IMG/VR virus record: IMGVR_UViG_3300012007_000001
Location: 1-64,000 of that record
Direction: 5' to 3' (one strand)
From: a virus
Lineage: Duplodnaviria > Caudoviricetes
Length of the DNA: 64,000 bases
The notes below the pieces were generated by a model. That model made no database searches. It was given only the letters and a program-made list of their open reading frames with translations, and was not told the origin of the DNA. A program made the position numbers and the translations under genes. Of the stretch, positions 22,493-33,069 are shown one piece after another (position 1 is the stretch's first letter; each line of letters starts with the position of its first letter).

Positions 22493-22507
22493 AATCCTGA
22501 TGAATTG

Positions 22508-22545
22508 AAAAAGGGGAGGATGCGGGATAACAGCACACCCTCCCC
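22508..22545 (-). terminator. Rho-independent terminator after the tail tube gene
   Basis: GGGGAGGGTG...CATCCTCCCC followed by TTTTT. Confidence 0.75.
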
Positions 22546-22568
22546 GATTAGAGTTTATTCTTTAGGAA

Positions 22569-22961
22569 TTAGCCAGCAGGCACGGTTTCGGGCGGATAGT
22601 CACACTCGATACACTGAACCTTCATCAAAACGGCGGTGTCCTGTGTCTCGCGGGTAGCGATGATAAGGGCTTTGTATGCCGCAATCTCGCCGCTCTTGAG
22701 CACTGCGGAAACCTGTGCGAACACAGGCATTCCATCAGAACCCTGCAATGTTGCAAGCTGGGCATCAGTATAATCACCGACTGAGAAGTTGATGACTTTC
22801 TTATAACCCTGCTTCAATACAATATAGTATGGCTTTCCCGTCACTTGGTTGATAAGTTCAACGCGCTCAGGCTCTTCCTCATGGAAATCCCATGTCTCAT
22901 TATGGACGTTGGTAAAGGTTGTGCTACCAATCGTCACACTTGAAATACCTACATGTACCAT
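22569..22961 (-). CDS. Putative major tail (tube) protein
   Basis: Beta-rich 130 aa between neck genes and chaperones, followed by a terminator. Confidence 0.55.
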   Translation of the reverse strand: MVHVGISSVTIGSTTFTNVHNETWDFHEEEPERVELINQVTGKPYYIVLKQGYKKVINFSVGDYTDAQLATLQGSDGMPVFAQVSAVLKSGEIAAYKALIIATRETQDTAVLMKVQCIECDYPPETVPAG

Positions 22962-22963
22962 AT

Positions 22964-23356
22964 TCAGTTGATATTAAATACTTTGAACAATAGTTTCACA
23001 TTCACATAGTGACATTCTGTTTCATCGTCTGCTATTTCGGACTCCGTGGAATAGATGCTATAGGTGTATTTCGTGCCGTCGAACTCACCGACGTAACCAC
23101 TATCCAACAACCGCCATGCAAGCCGTTCCAATTCTTCCAGCCTTGTTGTATCAGCTTCTCCGCTGATGTCGGGTACGCACAGGTTCACGTCAACGAAGCC
23201 CTTGCGCCACACCGTCTCGCCTTGCTGTCTTTGGACGCGGACAACCACTCTTTCGGATTTCGGGTCTATCTTCTCGTTCCCCTTTCGATAGCACTTGATT
23301 CCAAACCCTTCACAATCCTTGAAGATGATGTCGCCTACATTGCTTGATGTTATCAT
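22964..23356 (-). CDS. Putative tail terminator / completion protein
   Basis: Synteny; W.KGFV.VNLCVPD..G.A...RL.ELE pattern of Bacteroidetes phage neck proteins. Confidence 0.55.
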   Translation of the reverse strand: MITSSNVGDIIFKDCEGFGIKCYRKGNEKIDPKSERVVVRVQRQQGETVWRKGFVDVNLCVPDISGEADTTRLEELERLAWRLLDSGYVGEFDGTKYTYSIYSTESEIADDETECHYVNVKLLFKVFNIN

Positions 23357-23658
23357 TTGATTTCTTCCCTCAGTCGTTGTTCGGCATAAACTGCACCAGC
23401 ACCAGCCACCAAGTAGCCTTTTGATTCCACGAAACTCGCATAGTCTGCGGTATTCTTTATCGTCAATCCCGATTCATCGACATCAAAGCCGTTTGACCGT
23501 CGGAGGTTCCAAGTGTGATTCTTGTAGTTGCCCTCACGCCTGTTGAACTCTGCCGCCTCCGCACCGACCTCCGCCTCCTTCTGCATGACTTCCTGTTTGC
23601 CCTGCTGGATGAAAGCATCAACGTCGGAAAAGTCGAAGTCAACCTTGCTCATAGCCAA
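23353..23658 (-). CDS. HK97 gp10-like neck protein
   Basis: Y.NHTWNLRRS...NTADYASFVESKG motif. Confidence 0.6.
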   Translation of the reverse strand: MAMSKVDFDFSDVDAFIQQGKQEVMQKEAEVGAEAAEFNRREGNYKNHTWNLRRSNGFDVDESGLTIKNTADYASFVESKGYLVAGAGAVYAEQRLREEIK

Positions 23659-23975
23659 ATCTGCATGTAGTCGAGGTAATTGGTTCTGACCAAATCACCG
23701 ACTGTACCGCTTCCGCGTTCCGACAAATCATCCCTGTTCAGGCAGCGCACCTTATCCCCCATATTCACAGCCGATGACTTGTCACAGGCTATGCGGTAGC
23801 TGGAGCGATAGGTCTCGCCAGTCTCTGTTTTCAGCAGTTTGGAATGATTGTCGTCGCAGCGGCATCCGCACACGTCCACCCAACCGCCATCAGACACCTT
23901 GACGATTCGACCGAACTCGTCATGTTCCGTCTGCTCGCCGTGCCATACCTGCAATATGTGTGGTTCGTAATACAT
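23649..23975 (-). CDS. Putative head closure protein
   Basis: Synteny; DEFGR...W...CRCD pattern. Confidence 0.55.
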   Translation of the reverse strand: MYYEPHILQVWHGEQTEHDEFGRIVKVSDGGWVDVCGCRCDDNHSKLLKTETGETYRSSYRIACDKSSAVNMGDKVRCLNRDDLSERGSGTVGDLVRTNYLDYMQIWL

Positions 23976-23979
23976 CTGC

Positions 23980-24321
23980 CTACCATTTTGCCGAAGCGTC
24001 CTTAATCATATTGATTCCCAAAAGAGATACCACGTCATTATTCGGTGTAAGCCCGTACTTCTTGCAAAGGTACATATACAGCTTACCCAAGTCCGAATAG
24101 TTCCACGACATAGAGAATCCGCCCTCGTTGACTGATTCAAGACGCGGTGCAAGCACCTTCTCCTCAATGATACCGACAATGGCCTTGTTTGCAGCCAGTT
24201 GGTAAACACTGGAATATTCTTGGTTGACATCCAGCCCGTAGTCTGCGTTTATATCCGCAAACTGCGCCTCCGTCAGATTGAAGGAGGGCAGTTTTTGGGA
24301 TATGTATTCTCTTATCGTCAT
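23980..24321 (-). CDS. Putative head-tail adaptor
   Basis: SVNEGGFSMSW...LCKKYG motif; follows the capsid cluster. Confidence 0.6.
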   Translation of the reverse strand: MTIREYISQKLPSFNLTEAQFADINADYGLDVNQEYSSVYQLAANKAIVGIIEEKVLAPRLESVNEGGFSMSWNYSDLGKLYMYLCKKYGLTPNNDVVSLLGINMIKDASAKW

Positions 24322-24332
24322 AGCGTCAGATG

Positions 24333-24746
24333 TTACTCTTCGTCACCTTTCAGGGCATCCAGTTCCGACTGAGCCTTTTCAAGAGCCTCCTTCGCCTTGG
24401 CCAGTGCATCGTCAGCCTTCTTAGCTGCCGCGTCAGCCTTGGCGATTTCCTTCTCGTCGGTCAAACCCTGCTTGGCATTTGCGGCCTCGTCAGCCTTTGC
24501 CTTTGCAGCATTGACCTTTTCAGTGGCTTTCAGAACCTTTTCCTCTGCCTTGGCGATGGCGGCTGCTTTCTTGGCATCCTCATCATCCTTGGCAGGCTTC
24601 TCGTCGGCGGCTACTGCCAGCCCACGGGCGATAACGTCCTTGGCGCGTTCCACGTCGAAGTCAACCACCTCGTCGGGGTTGTAGAACTTCGATGCGTTGA
24701 ACTTGTCACGGAAACGCTTGATAACCTTAATCTTTGCCATATTCAA
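24333..24746 (-). CDS. Ala/Lys-rich small protein after the major capsid gene
   Basis: KVIKRFRDK...ERAKDVIARGLA N-terminus plus a coiled-coil tail. Confidence 0.6.
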   Translation of the reverse strand: MNMAKIKVIKRFRDKFNASKFYNPDEVVDFDVERAKDVIARGLAVAADEKPAKDDEDAKKAAAIAKAEEKVLKATEKVNAAKAKADEAANAKQGLTDEKEIAKADAAAKKADDALAKAKEALEKAQSELDALKGDEE

Positions 24747-24759
24747 ATCCTCCTATAAT

Positions 24760-25842
24760 TTAACCCTGCACGGTCTTTGGGTCGAGCGTGTAGATTTGGT
24801 CAACGTTGTGGACTACAGGAACGGCCATAGCCTGCGAAGAGGTGAACTCACGCAGCGGGTCATTCTTGGAATACTGACTGCAAAGGATGAAGCCCTCGAC
24901 GGTGGAATATGTCACGCCAGCCACGGGATGAGACTGCTCGGCAGTGTTTGTGTAAACCAAATCGCCTACAGTATCGTCACAGGTGAACACCATGCGACCC
25001 TCTGCCCAAGGCTTGTGATTCTTCTTGACACCATTCACCTCGGTCTTGATGGAACGGTTGATGCGGTGCAGCACCACGCCCCACTTACGCTGGAACACTT
25101 GCGACACTTGGTCGAAGTCGAGGTTGGGGATGTTGTTTCCGACAAAGTTCTGATTGAACGCGAACAGCTGCTTGAACTGCGTGTTCTTATACAGTGCGCG
25201 AAGCGCATAATCGTCGGTGAACACATCGGTAATGGTGTTTTGGTCTTCCAGTGCCTTGTCGAACACCTGCTCGATGTCATCAACGGCCAGTGCATCGGCA
25301 TTTTCTGCCCATGTCTTGACCTTGGCAACGAACTGGTTGGCATCAAGGTAGCCGACATTCACGCGAACGCCTGTTCCAGCATTGCGTGAACTGAGACCTA
25401 CGCCAGTAGAGAGCTCAGACAGGAACATGTCCTCAAGACGCTCAAAGATACCCTCGATACAACGGCGCAGATTCACGAAAATCTTGCCGATAATCTGTTG
25501 GATGGGCATCTGCTTTGCAATCATGTTCTCGATGTCCTTCATCTGCTTTTCGGTCAGATACAGCTTCATGCCCAACTTGGGAATCTCACCGTGGGCGACC
25601 TCGATGGTGTCGAGGCTCTTCAACGGCAGTTCCGCATCCAGCGCAACAACGTCAGCAGCGACGCGGGTGTACTGTGCAAGCACAGAAGCCCACATGCCAT
25701 CGGACGAATATTGCGGGGTGAGCATCAGCTTATAGAGATACGGCAACGACTGTTGACGCTTCTCGTTCAGCTTTTCCACGATGGAAAGAACCAGCAGCGG
25801 AAAATACTTCTCAGTGTATTGGAAATAAAGTGACTGTTGCAT
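24760..25842 (-). CDS. Major capsid protein
   Basis: 360 aa after scaffold and decoration genes; AADVVALDAELPLKS, GEIPKLGMK, DPLREFTSSQA.AVPV. Confidence 0.85.
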   Translation of the reverse strand: MQQSLYFQYTEKYFPLLVLSIVEKLNEKRQQSLPYLYKLMLTPQYSSDGMWASVLAQYTRVAADVVALDAELPLKSLDTIEVAHGEIPKLGMKLYLTEKQMKDIENMIAKQMPIQQIIGKIFVNLRRCIEGIFERLEDMFLSELSTGVGLSSRNAGTGVRVNVGYLDANQFVAKVKTWAENADALAVDDIEQVFDKALEDQNTITDVFTDDYALRALYKNTQFKQLFAFNQNFVGNNIPNLDFDQVSQVFQRKWGVVLHRINRSIKTEVNGVKKNHKPWAEGRMVFTCDDTVGDLVYTNTAEQSHPVAGVTYSTVEGFILCSQYSKNDPLREFTSSQAMAVPVVHNVDQIYTLDPKTVQG

Positions 25843-25845
25843 GGC

Positions 25846-26337
25846 TTACTCCTCCTCTTCTGCTTCGTCTTTGATGAATACTACGTGAGGACAGGCCGAT
25901 TTGAATGCCGACAGGATGTTTGTCATGGCGACTTCCAAAGCCTCACTGTTTACTTCTCCGTTGGTCATAATAGACGCGAACGGCTTTTCCTTCTTTACGG
26001 AACGGTACAAAACACCTGCATAGGCATAACCGCTGGGCAGAGAACCATAGATATAGACCTGATTTCCGTTCTCGTCCAGTACAGGAGTCGTAACGGCTGC
26101 ATCGCCTTCACCAGTGGTCTCAGTCTTGGCTACGATTGGCATGGGCTTGTAGATTCCGTTGCCGTCAGTGATGATGACATGGCCTGCATGAATCACTGCC
26201 AGCGGGAAATCGGCAGATACATCCAGCGAACGACCTCCCTTGATACCCGAAATGTACTTTTGGATAACAATGGAATCCTTGCCGAATACAATCTGCTCTC
26301 GATTTTGGTTTGCTAAATCAATCTTAGTTTGTCCCAT
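25846..26337 (-). CDS. Head decoration protein
   Basis: Lies between scaffold and MCP; GIKGGRSLDV..VIHAGHVII..YAGVL..ASIMTNGEVN. Confidence 0.65.
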   Translation of the reverse strand: MGQTKIDLANQNREQIVFGKDSIVIQKYISGIKGGRSLDVSADFPLAVIHAGHVIITDGNGIYKPMPIVAKTETTGEGDAAVTTPVLDENGNQVYIYGSLPSGYAYAGVLYRSVKKEKPFASIMTNGEVNSEALEVAMTNILSAFKSACPHVVFIKDEAEEEE

Positions 26338-26372
26338 TTTCGATGTTAATTGATAGGTTGAACACTCACGGA

Positions 26373-27152
26373 CTAACGAACCAATTCAGCTGCTATAGCG
26401 TCCACATCCTCCTTCTTGGGCTCACCGATGTTTGCCAAAGGATTCTGCTTCTCGTTAGGCAGATGACTTGTCTTCCAGTTGTTCGCCATAGCGGTCAGAT
26501 AGTTTGTTGTCTTGTCAGCATCCCAGTCGGCTGGAATGTTAAGCCCCAAATCAATCATTGACTGCGGTACGCCCAATTCTTTTGCCTGTTTGATGATTCC
26601 TTCCATGCGAACGCGGGCAGCTTCGGCAGCGTCGCGGTCTGAAAGTTGCTTCTTGAGGTCAGCGATGGTCTGCTCAGATGTCTTGTTGGCATCAAGAATG
26701 CCCTGCATCTTCTGCTCCCATTCCTTCTCGCGCTTGGCATTTTCAGCCTTTAGGTCTGAAAGAGCCTTTTCCCATTCAGACTTGCCCTCCAGTTCCTTCT
26801 TGCGCTTTTCCTCTTCGGCAGCGGCGGCGGCAGCAGCCTCCTCCTCTTCTTTCTTCTTTCGTGCAGCCTCTTCTGCATCCTTACGTTCCTTCTCCTTCTT
26901 CTGATACTCCTCTTCGGCTTTCTTGCGGCCTTTCTCGGTTGCGGATGTGCGCACAGTGTCTAACTGGCTTTGCATCTTCTCCAAGTAGGATTTCTGTGCA
27001 GGAGAATTAACCACGGTTTCCACGTTCTCGGCTGTTACCAAGCCCGATTGCTCAAGCATGATGGCATGTTGCTTGAGGACATCATCACCTAACCCAAGCG
27101 AAGAATACGCCTGTTTTAGCAGTGCAAAAATTCTGTTCTGTAATTCGTTCAT
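26373..27152 (-). CDS. Capsid scaffolding protein
   Basis: Highly charged coiled coil, first gene of the head operon. Confidence 0.7.
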   Translation of the reverse strand: MNELQNRIFALLKQAYSSLGLGDDVLKQHAIMLEQSGLVTAENVETVVNSPAQKSYLEKMQSQLDTVRTSATEKGRKKAEEEYQKKEKERKDAEEAARKKKEEEEAAAAAAAEEEKRKKELEGKSEWEKALSDLKAENAKREKEWEQKMQGILDANKTSEQTIADLKKQLSDRDAAEAARVRMEGIIKQAKELGVPQSMIDLGLNIPADWDADKTTNYLTAMANNWKTSHLPNEKQNPLANIGEPKKEDVDAIAAELVR

Positions 27153-27179
27153 ATTGTCGTTGAAATTTGATTCACAGGG

Positions 27180-27252
27180 CGAAGTTAGAGGTATTTTACT
27201 AAATTTCAGTGCTTAGTTTATTTTTAGGTTTCACCAAACTTTTTTAGTGAAA
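27180..27252 (-). promoter_or_regulatory. Putative late promoter 3 (head-tail operon)
   Basis: TAACTTCG 27180-27187; TTTCAC-N12-GTGAAA 27229-27252; 41-bp gap. Confidence 0.75.
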
Positions 27253-27508
27253 AAATAAACCAAATAGCATTCATTTTCGGGCATTTTCAAGGCTTTTTTG
27301 ACTGGCAGATGATACATTTATCAAGCAAAATTGTGAAACGCTGTCACAGGTCACGAAAACGGCAAAAAACAGGGTGTCGGCCATGCACCTTATTACGGCG
27401 ATTTCGCCATAGTTACAAAACATACCGATTTCGGTTTGTTTTATCAGATGTTCCGCAACCATGATTTTTCACGCTCACGAATGCTCTCCAGCTGTCATGC
27501 ACATGCAC

Positions 27509-27541
27509 AAAAAAAGGGGCGCACCCTTGCAGATGCACCCC
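27509..27541 (-). terminator. Rho-independent terminator of the amidoligase-GATase operon
   Basis: GGGGTGCATCT-GCAA-GGGTGCGCCCC followed by T7. Confidence 0.85.
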
Positions 27542-27567
27542 AACAAACAACTCCATTTAGAACGTGC

Positions 27568-28227
27568 TTAGACAACACGCCTTGCCGTTCGGCTGTGATT
27601 CAGTCTCCTTGCCCTGTACCAGTCATCGAAGCTGGCGAACTCGTCCCGTTCCGTATCGTCATCATCCAGCGTTGGCAGAAATGCCGTCTGCATGGGGCTG
27701 ACTGTTCGGTATTCGTAACGGTCGATGTGATTCAGGTTGGAGTACAGTCTGCCATTGTATCTGACGAACTGGCCAAACGTCCTGACGTTCCCGTTCTCAT
27801 CCATCATGGCGAACTTTGAATAGCCGATTATCTTGTCTATCACCCTCGTCACATACGATGACTTGAATCCGTACTTCTGTATGGCAGGGTAGATGATATT
27901 CTGAAATGCGGTCTCGCTGTCTGTCATATCCCCTTCGGGCATGATGTTCAGAATGCCGTTGTGGGCAAACCAAATGTTTCCGCGATTGAAGGGATGGCAG
28001 TTGGCCTTGCACTTGCTGCCGTGCGTTGCCAGTCTGAAATGTATGATACACGCCTCCTCCTTCGGCACTTTGTGTATGTACTTCAAGAAGGTCTCAAAGT
28101 TCATGCCCTTATAGTGGTGGCTCTTGCTGACGAATCCGCAACCATGCGGGTTTCTGTGATGGGCGTTTCTTAACTCTGTATCTGTTGGTAACTGCTGGCC
28201 TGCGGCCTTTATGATGATTACACACAT
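27568..28227 (-). CDS. Class II (Ntn) glutamine amidotransferase
   Basis: N-terminal MC, NPHGCG, HFRLATHG, NCHPF, FAHNG, DSE motifs. Confidence 0.88.
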   Translation of the reverse strand: MCVIIIKAAGQQLPTDTELRNAHHRNPHGCGFVSKSHHYKGMNFETFLKYIHKVPKEEACIIHFRLATHGSKCKANCHPFNRGNIWFAHNGILNIMPEGDMTDSETAFQNIIYPAIQKYGFKSSYVTRVIDKIIGYSKFAMMDENGNVRTFGQFVRYNGRLYSNLNHIDRYEYRTVSPMQTAFLPTLDDDDTERDEFASFDDWYRARRLNHSRTARRVV

Positions 28228-28321
28228 AATATTCTTATTTTAATTTGTTGATGATATGATAATGTTTGATTTTTGGCCGTTTGCGGCCTTTGTGCAGGGC
28301 TTTCGCCCTGCTTGCCTGTAG

Positions 28322-29236
28322 TTATTGTGCCTGTCTTGCAAACTCGCGCTGGCGACGCTTGAAATAGGTCTTTTCGTCGTTTGTCAAGAAAGGTATATCG
28401 TCGATGCTGGCGATGGGGTGGGTGAGTCTGTTGTCGCGTGACCAAACAACCAGCTTTGCACAGAATGAAATCCAGTTAGAAATCTTTTCGTAATCCGTGC
28501 TGCCCTGATGCTGGCGAAACTCGATTGTACGGTGGCGTGACCATGAACAAGCATTCACCTTGAAATATCTGTCATTGCCGAAAGCGTTGCAGACATCCTC
28601 CTGTGTGTGGCAGTTTGACAAACGTTTGCCGATGATTGACTCGCAATAGGTGTTGTTGTTTGCCCTGCGGCTTCCTGCCATGAAGCTGTCGATAAGGGTC
28701 TCAAGCATCTGATAGTTCACGAATACGCTGACATACTGCTCGCCTGTCAAGTCCTTTGCACCGATATGAACGTGCAAGCCCGTTGTCCTGTTGACCTTTG
28801 CACCAGCGGCATTCAATGTGGCGCAAGCCTTTTTCAGTGATGCCAAACCGTTACGGCCTTTAAGCACTGGAGTAACACATTCGATGCAGCCGCTGTCGCT
28901 GTAGCCCTGTGCGTTTCTGATGCTGCCGTCTGTCACGAACTTGAAAACGCTGTTGCTGTCGTGATGGTTGTAGCCCTGATATTCAAGGGGTAGGCCATTC
29001 TCCGCACCGATTCTCTGTATAAGACTGCGGTCAACGTTATAGGTCTCCATCTCGACTCCGAAAGTAACGGTGAACTTCTTCGTGGTGGCAGGTATGTATG
29101 CGCCTGCATCATTGCCAAGAATGATTGTGATTTCGTCACGGGTGATGCCCAGCTTCAGGAGTTCAATAACCTTTGCACTCTTTGCCATGCGACCGTTCTT
29201 AATCTCGCTTACCTGTTCTGAAAGTGACTTTGCCAT
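28322..29236 (-). CDS. Putative amidoligase (COOH-NH2 ligase type 2); start revised to MAKSLS
   Basis: TFGVEME, DGSI, ECVTPVL, TGLHVHIG, RYFKVN, TIEFRQHQGS. Confidence 0.85.
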   Translation of the reverse strand: MAKSLSEQVSEIKNGRMAKSAKVIELLKLGITRDEITIILGNDAGAYIPATTKKFTVTFGVEMETYNVDRSLIQRIGAENGLPLEYQGYNHHDSNSVFKFVTDGSIRNAQGYSDSGCIECVTPVLKGRNGLASLKKACATLNAAGAKVNRTTGLHVHIGAKDLTGEQYVSVFVNYQMLETLIDSFMAGSRRANNNTYCESIIGKRLSNCHTQEDVCNAFGNDRYFKVNACSWSRHRTIEFRQHQGSTDYEKISNWISFCAKLVVWSRDNRLTHPIASIDDIPFLTNDEKTYFKRRQREFARQAQ

Positions 29237-29375
29237 AATTCTGTGTGCCTGTTTGGTCAGTCGGCTCTTCTGTTCTAAATGGGTTGTTTTGTTGTTTGAT
29301 GTTGCAAAGGTAAGCAATTAAATTTAATCTACCAAATTTTTCAGCGAAAAAATAAAGTTATTTGCTTTATTTAAC
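29237..29375 (-). promoter_or_regulatory. Early-type cassette (operator in orientation A)
   Basis: Operator 29350-29372; TACCTTTG 29305-29312; leader core 29272-29282. Confidence 0.8.
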
Positions 29376-32017
29376 ATTTGAAGCGGTTTTTGCCCTTCAT
29401 ATACATTATTATATATAAATAGGCTGCAAATAAGACGTTCTAAGACGTTCTTTTCATTGCAGCCTATAGAATACCAAAGAAAGCGATTTGATTTATCTGC
29501 CGCCTGTTCTGATGCCATAGATAAGCCAAATTTCATCAATGGCCATCTCCAAGTCTGCAAGAAACTGGCGAAACTCAAAAGGCTTGATAGGTCTTTTTCT
29601 TCCTGTCAGAAAATCGACCCTGACGAACATGTTCACCAAATCGAACTCAGAAAGCGACCCTTCGGAATAGTTCAGGAGCGCACTGGCATACATCGAATAG
29701 TGCATCGTGGCCTCCTTCCTGAAACGCGGAAGTCTGCCGCCGTCGTACAGTGACTTGCAGAACGTTTCATAATCAACAAGTTCAAATGGATAGATGCCAT
29801 ACGACTGCAAGGTCTTGACAATTTCACGGAAATTCCCGTGCAGGTCGATATACTGGTTGCACATATCATCCTGTGACATCGGCTTTCTTTCAGGATTCGG
29901 GAACCCGTTAACCATCATGTTCAGGTTGAAATTCTCCACATCCTGAAACGATTCTCCAGTCATGGCCATCTGCCTGAAATCTTCCGCAGCAGACCATGAG
30001 CAGAAGGCCACCGTAAGTCCGCATCCGAGTATAAGCCGCGTTTTCCGAAACGCTGACACTTCATCCGTCGGCATCCGTAGCTTCTGAATGGTTGGTAAAC
30101 TGAAATGCTTCATCACTCCTTGCTTTCACACTTATGACAGGTCTTGTCATCCAACTTCTGATTCCAGTAGGTACAGAAACGGCCTGTAGGCTGCTGGATG
30201 TCAAATCTGCATCTGCCGTGCTTCTTCCGTCGGTCAATGCTTTTACCCTCTTGGAATTTGCGCTTCTGTACCATACCCGATAAAATTTTCATCATACCTT
30301 CAATTCCATTATACCGCCAGCAATCTTGTGGTAAGCCTGTTGCAGTTCATGGAGATAACCGATGCAGCCGTAACGCTTCCATTCGTTGCTTGGAGTCTTG
30401 ATAAAAACACTGTCAACGGTCTGCGACATCGTATAGAACACCTTGGCACGGTTTCCGTACAGTATGCAGCCCTGCGTCTCGTCATGCCTGAATCCGAATC
30501 GCTCCAGCAGCCGTACTTCCGTCAGGCTGATGCCCTCCAGTTTGTCAGGCTCAAAGTAGCCCTTCTCATCAAGATAGACGCTGTTCTGCGACAGTTCCAT
30601 CACACGGCCAATCCTGCTGCCGCTGACTGGCACGTTCACCTTAGTCCTGACAACATCCCCGATGTGCAGGTCTCTGATAGTCATTCCGTTCATTTCTTCA
30701 CCTTCTTTGGCTTCGGTACTCTGATTTTCAGTTCACCACGGCCATGCTTCCATGCCATCTGCTGAACAACATGCAGAAAAGCCCGCTTGGGATTCAGGTA
30801 CTCGACAAACTGGCCGTTTCCGTGGTTGATGGTAAGGTGTGCGCCGCCGTCATTCAGTAAATCGACACGCGCCGACACGCCATCACCTTTGAAGCTGATG
30901 ACATTGCCTGCCACCTTTGCGCCTACCAACTTCAACGCTTCCGTATCAGCCAGCGCGACAGGCTCAGACTCGTCCAAGTGTATGATGGTCATCGTGTTCT
31001 CGTCAAAGGCATCTGTACGCCCGATAGTTCCTATTTGATGCAGTTCGCCATTGAATCGCACCACGTCGCCAGCGTGTAAGTCACGGCCAGCCATTTTCAA
31101 TTTCTTCTGTTCCATTTTGATTCTTGTTTTTTCTTATTTGATTCGTTTTCACCTCACAGATTCTTCCTGTGATGATTCCTGAACAATCCGCACTTTGGGA
31201 AGTTGCATAGCAATCCGTCAACATGCGAACACCCCTCATCGCGGTACAGGGTGCAGAACTTAACAGGGTCATTATGCCCGATTAGGCGTTTCCGCGCCAG
31301 CCTGAACAATGCTTTCAGCTTCATAACCTTCTTTGCGGCTCGTTCTTTATGCAGTCACTAACATATTCGTCGATGTCGATTTCAAACATCGTCATTCCGA
31401 GAGAGTTGCAGCCGACTTGCGCCGTCTGATAGCCAGTCTTTGCCTTATCGCCATACTTATGGATTTCTTCAACAAACATCCTGTCAATGCTTGCAGGATT
31501 CGTAATATGCGGGTTCTGACGCTTGAACGTCTCTTTCCGCGATTCCACCGTAGCGGCCAACTGTTTGACAAGGCTAAGATTCTCGCGCAGTTCCTTGATT
31601 CCGTTCTGTAGCGTCATCAGGTCATACATGAACGCCTCATTTACCTCCGCTTTCATACTTATCCAAATTATGTTTCAGCCAATTCACGCATTCGATGATG
31701 TTCTCAAACAGCGTTCCACCGTCGAATGATTCAAGGTGCAAATCATAGTCGATACAGAAATACGTCACATCTTCACCGAATATGCAGCGGTCATAGACAA
31801 TACCATCTTCATCTTTCAGTGTCAGCGGCAAAAGGTTTAACAACCCTGCCAGCGACCAGCAAGGCTTCGCGTTTGTAGCCTTTTCCGTCGTAATCATGTA
31901 GCCGCCAACCTTCGGGATGCGATACATGTCTGCTGTTTCGGGCTTAATGCCCATCTCCAGCAATGCGGCCTCCTGTTGCACCGTAGTATAATACTGATTC
32001 TCTTCCATACGCATGAT

Positions 32018-32044
32018 GGCGGGGCTGTAAGAACAGCCCTCGCC
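32018..32044 (-). other. GC-rich hairpin just downstream of the variable region (DGR homing-type stem-loop)
   Basis: GGCGAGGGCTGT-TCTT-ACAGCCCCGCC, with no U-tract. Confidence 0.6.
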
Positions 32045-32049
32045 AAATG

Positions 32050-33069
32050 TTAAATGTTAAATGCGGCCACAGGACGAACAACGAAACTGTTAAACTTGCT
32101 GTAGCCGTAGACGTAACCAATGACGAAATACACGGTCCAAGCAAGGTTGCTGTTGAACTCAGTAACAGACCAGTAGTATTCTTCCATGTCGAATGGCTCG
32201 CCGCCAACAAATTTTAACGCTTCATTCAGACCGTTTTCGGCATAGTGACACATCAGCACCACCATAGGCAATGCAGGGATGCACTCTCCATCTGCCAGCG
32301 GTATGTCCGTTCCGATTTCCTGAATGTGCTTCGTGCGCTCCACACACTCCCAATCCAGCAGGGCATCGCATTCACGACGGCGGTACGATGGATGTTCCGA
32401 CGGGCATTTGTCGGTGTCCTGAACCAAGGCGTACTTGCCAAGGTCTTTCAGTGCAACGGCAAAAGGATGCCCGTCATGCACGATTCCGATGTACTTCACG
32501 CCCTCTGCGTCGGCCTTGTCATTCTCTCCAGTGTACGGCTTATAGCTGCCATCTTCATAGATAAGGTACAGGCCGTTAGGCACTACGTTTCCGCTGGCAA
32601 CTGCCACGGGTGCAGGATTACTTACTTCGCGCTTGTCACCGCCCATGATGAAATCGTAGGCTTTCTGCGCATCTTCTTTAAACTCGCGGTAAAGTTCCAA
32701 CCGCATTTTCTGATTCTCTGTCATAGTTCTATCGTTAATGAAAATTCTGTTCTTTGGCATACCGTTCATCACGTCTTTCAACTCGCCTAAACATGCAAGA
32801 TAGCTTCGTAATGCTATAATGTTCGGCTCATGGGTTTGTGGGCTTTCCACTTCGTCGATGACGTAGTTAGCACCAGCACGAAAGGCATCTTCAATTTCGA
32901 TGTCATAATGCTTTTGCCAGCCCCCATCAAGCTGTTTCCGCGCATCACTACTGATTTTTACCTTTTCGCAGTATTCTTGCGCCTTTTCTGTAATCGGTAA
33001 CTTAATCATTTCTTTATCTGATTTAACTGTTCGTAATACTGTTTGTTGGAGAATTGCGGGGTATTCCAC
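32050..33069 (-). CDS. Protein with a C-terminal CLec-like (DUF1566-like) DGR-type variable region; real start possibly ATG near 33008
   Basis: YYWSVTEFNSNLAWTVYFVIGYVYGYSKFNSFVVRPVAAF at the C-terminus. Confidence 0.7.
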   Translation of the reverse strand: MEYPAILQQTVLRTVKSDKEMIKLPITEKAQEYCEKVKISSDARKQLDGGWQKHYDIEIEDAFRAGANYVIDEVESPQTHEPNIIALRSYLACLGELKDVMNGMPKNRIFINDRTMTENQKMRLELYREFKEDAQKAYDFIMGGDKREVSNPAPVAVASGNVVPNGLYLIYEDGSYKPYTGENDKADAEGVKYIGIVHDGHPFAVALKDLGKYALVQDTDKCPSEHPSYRRRECDALLDWECVERTKHIQEIGTDIPLADGECIPALPMVVLMCHYAENGLNEALKFVGGEPFDMEEYYWSVTEFNSNLAWTVYFVIGYVYGYSKFNSFVVRPVAAFNI

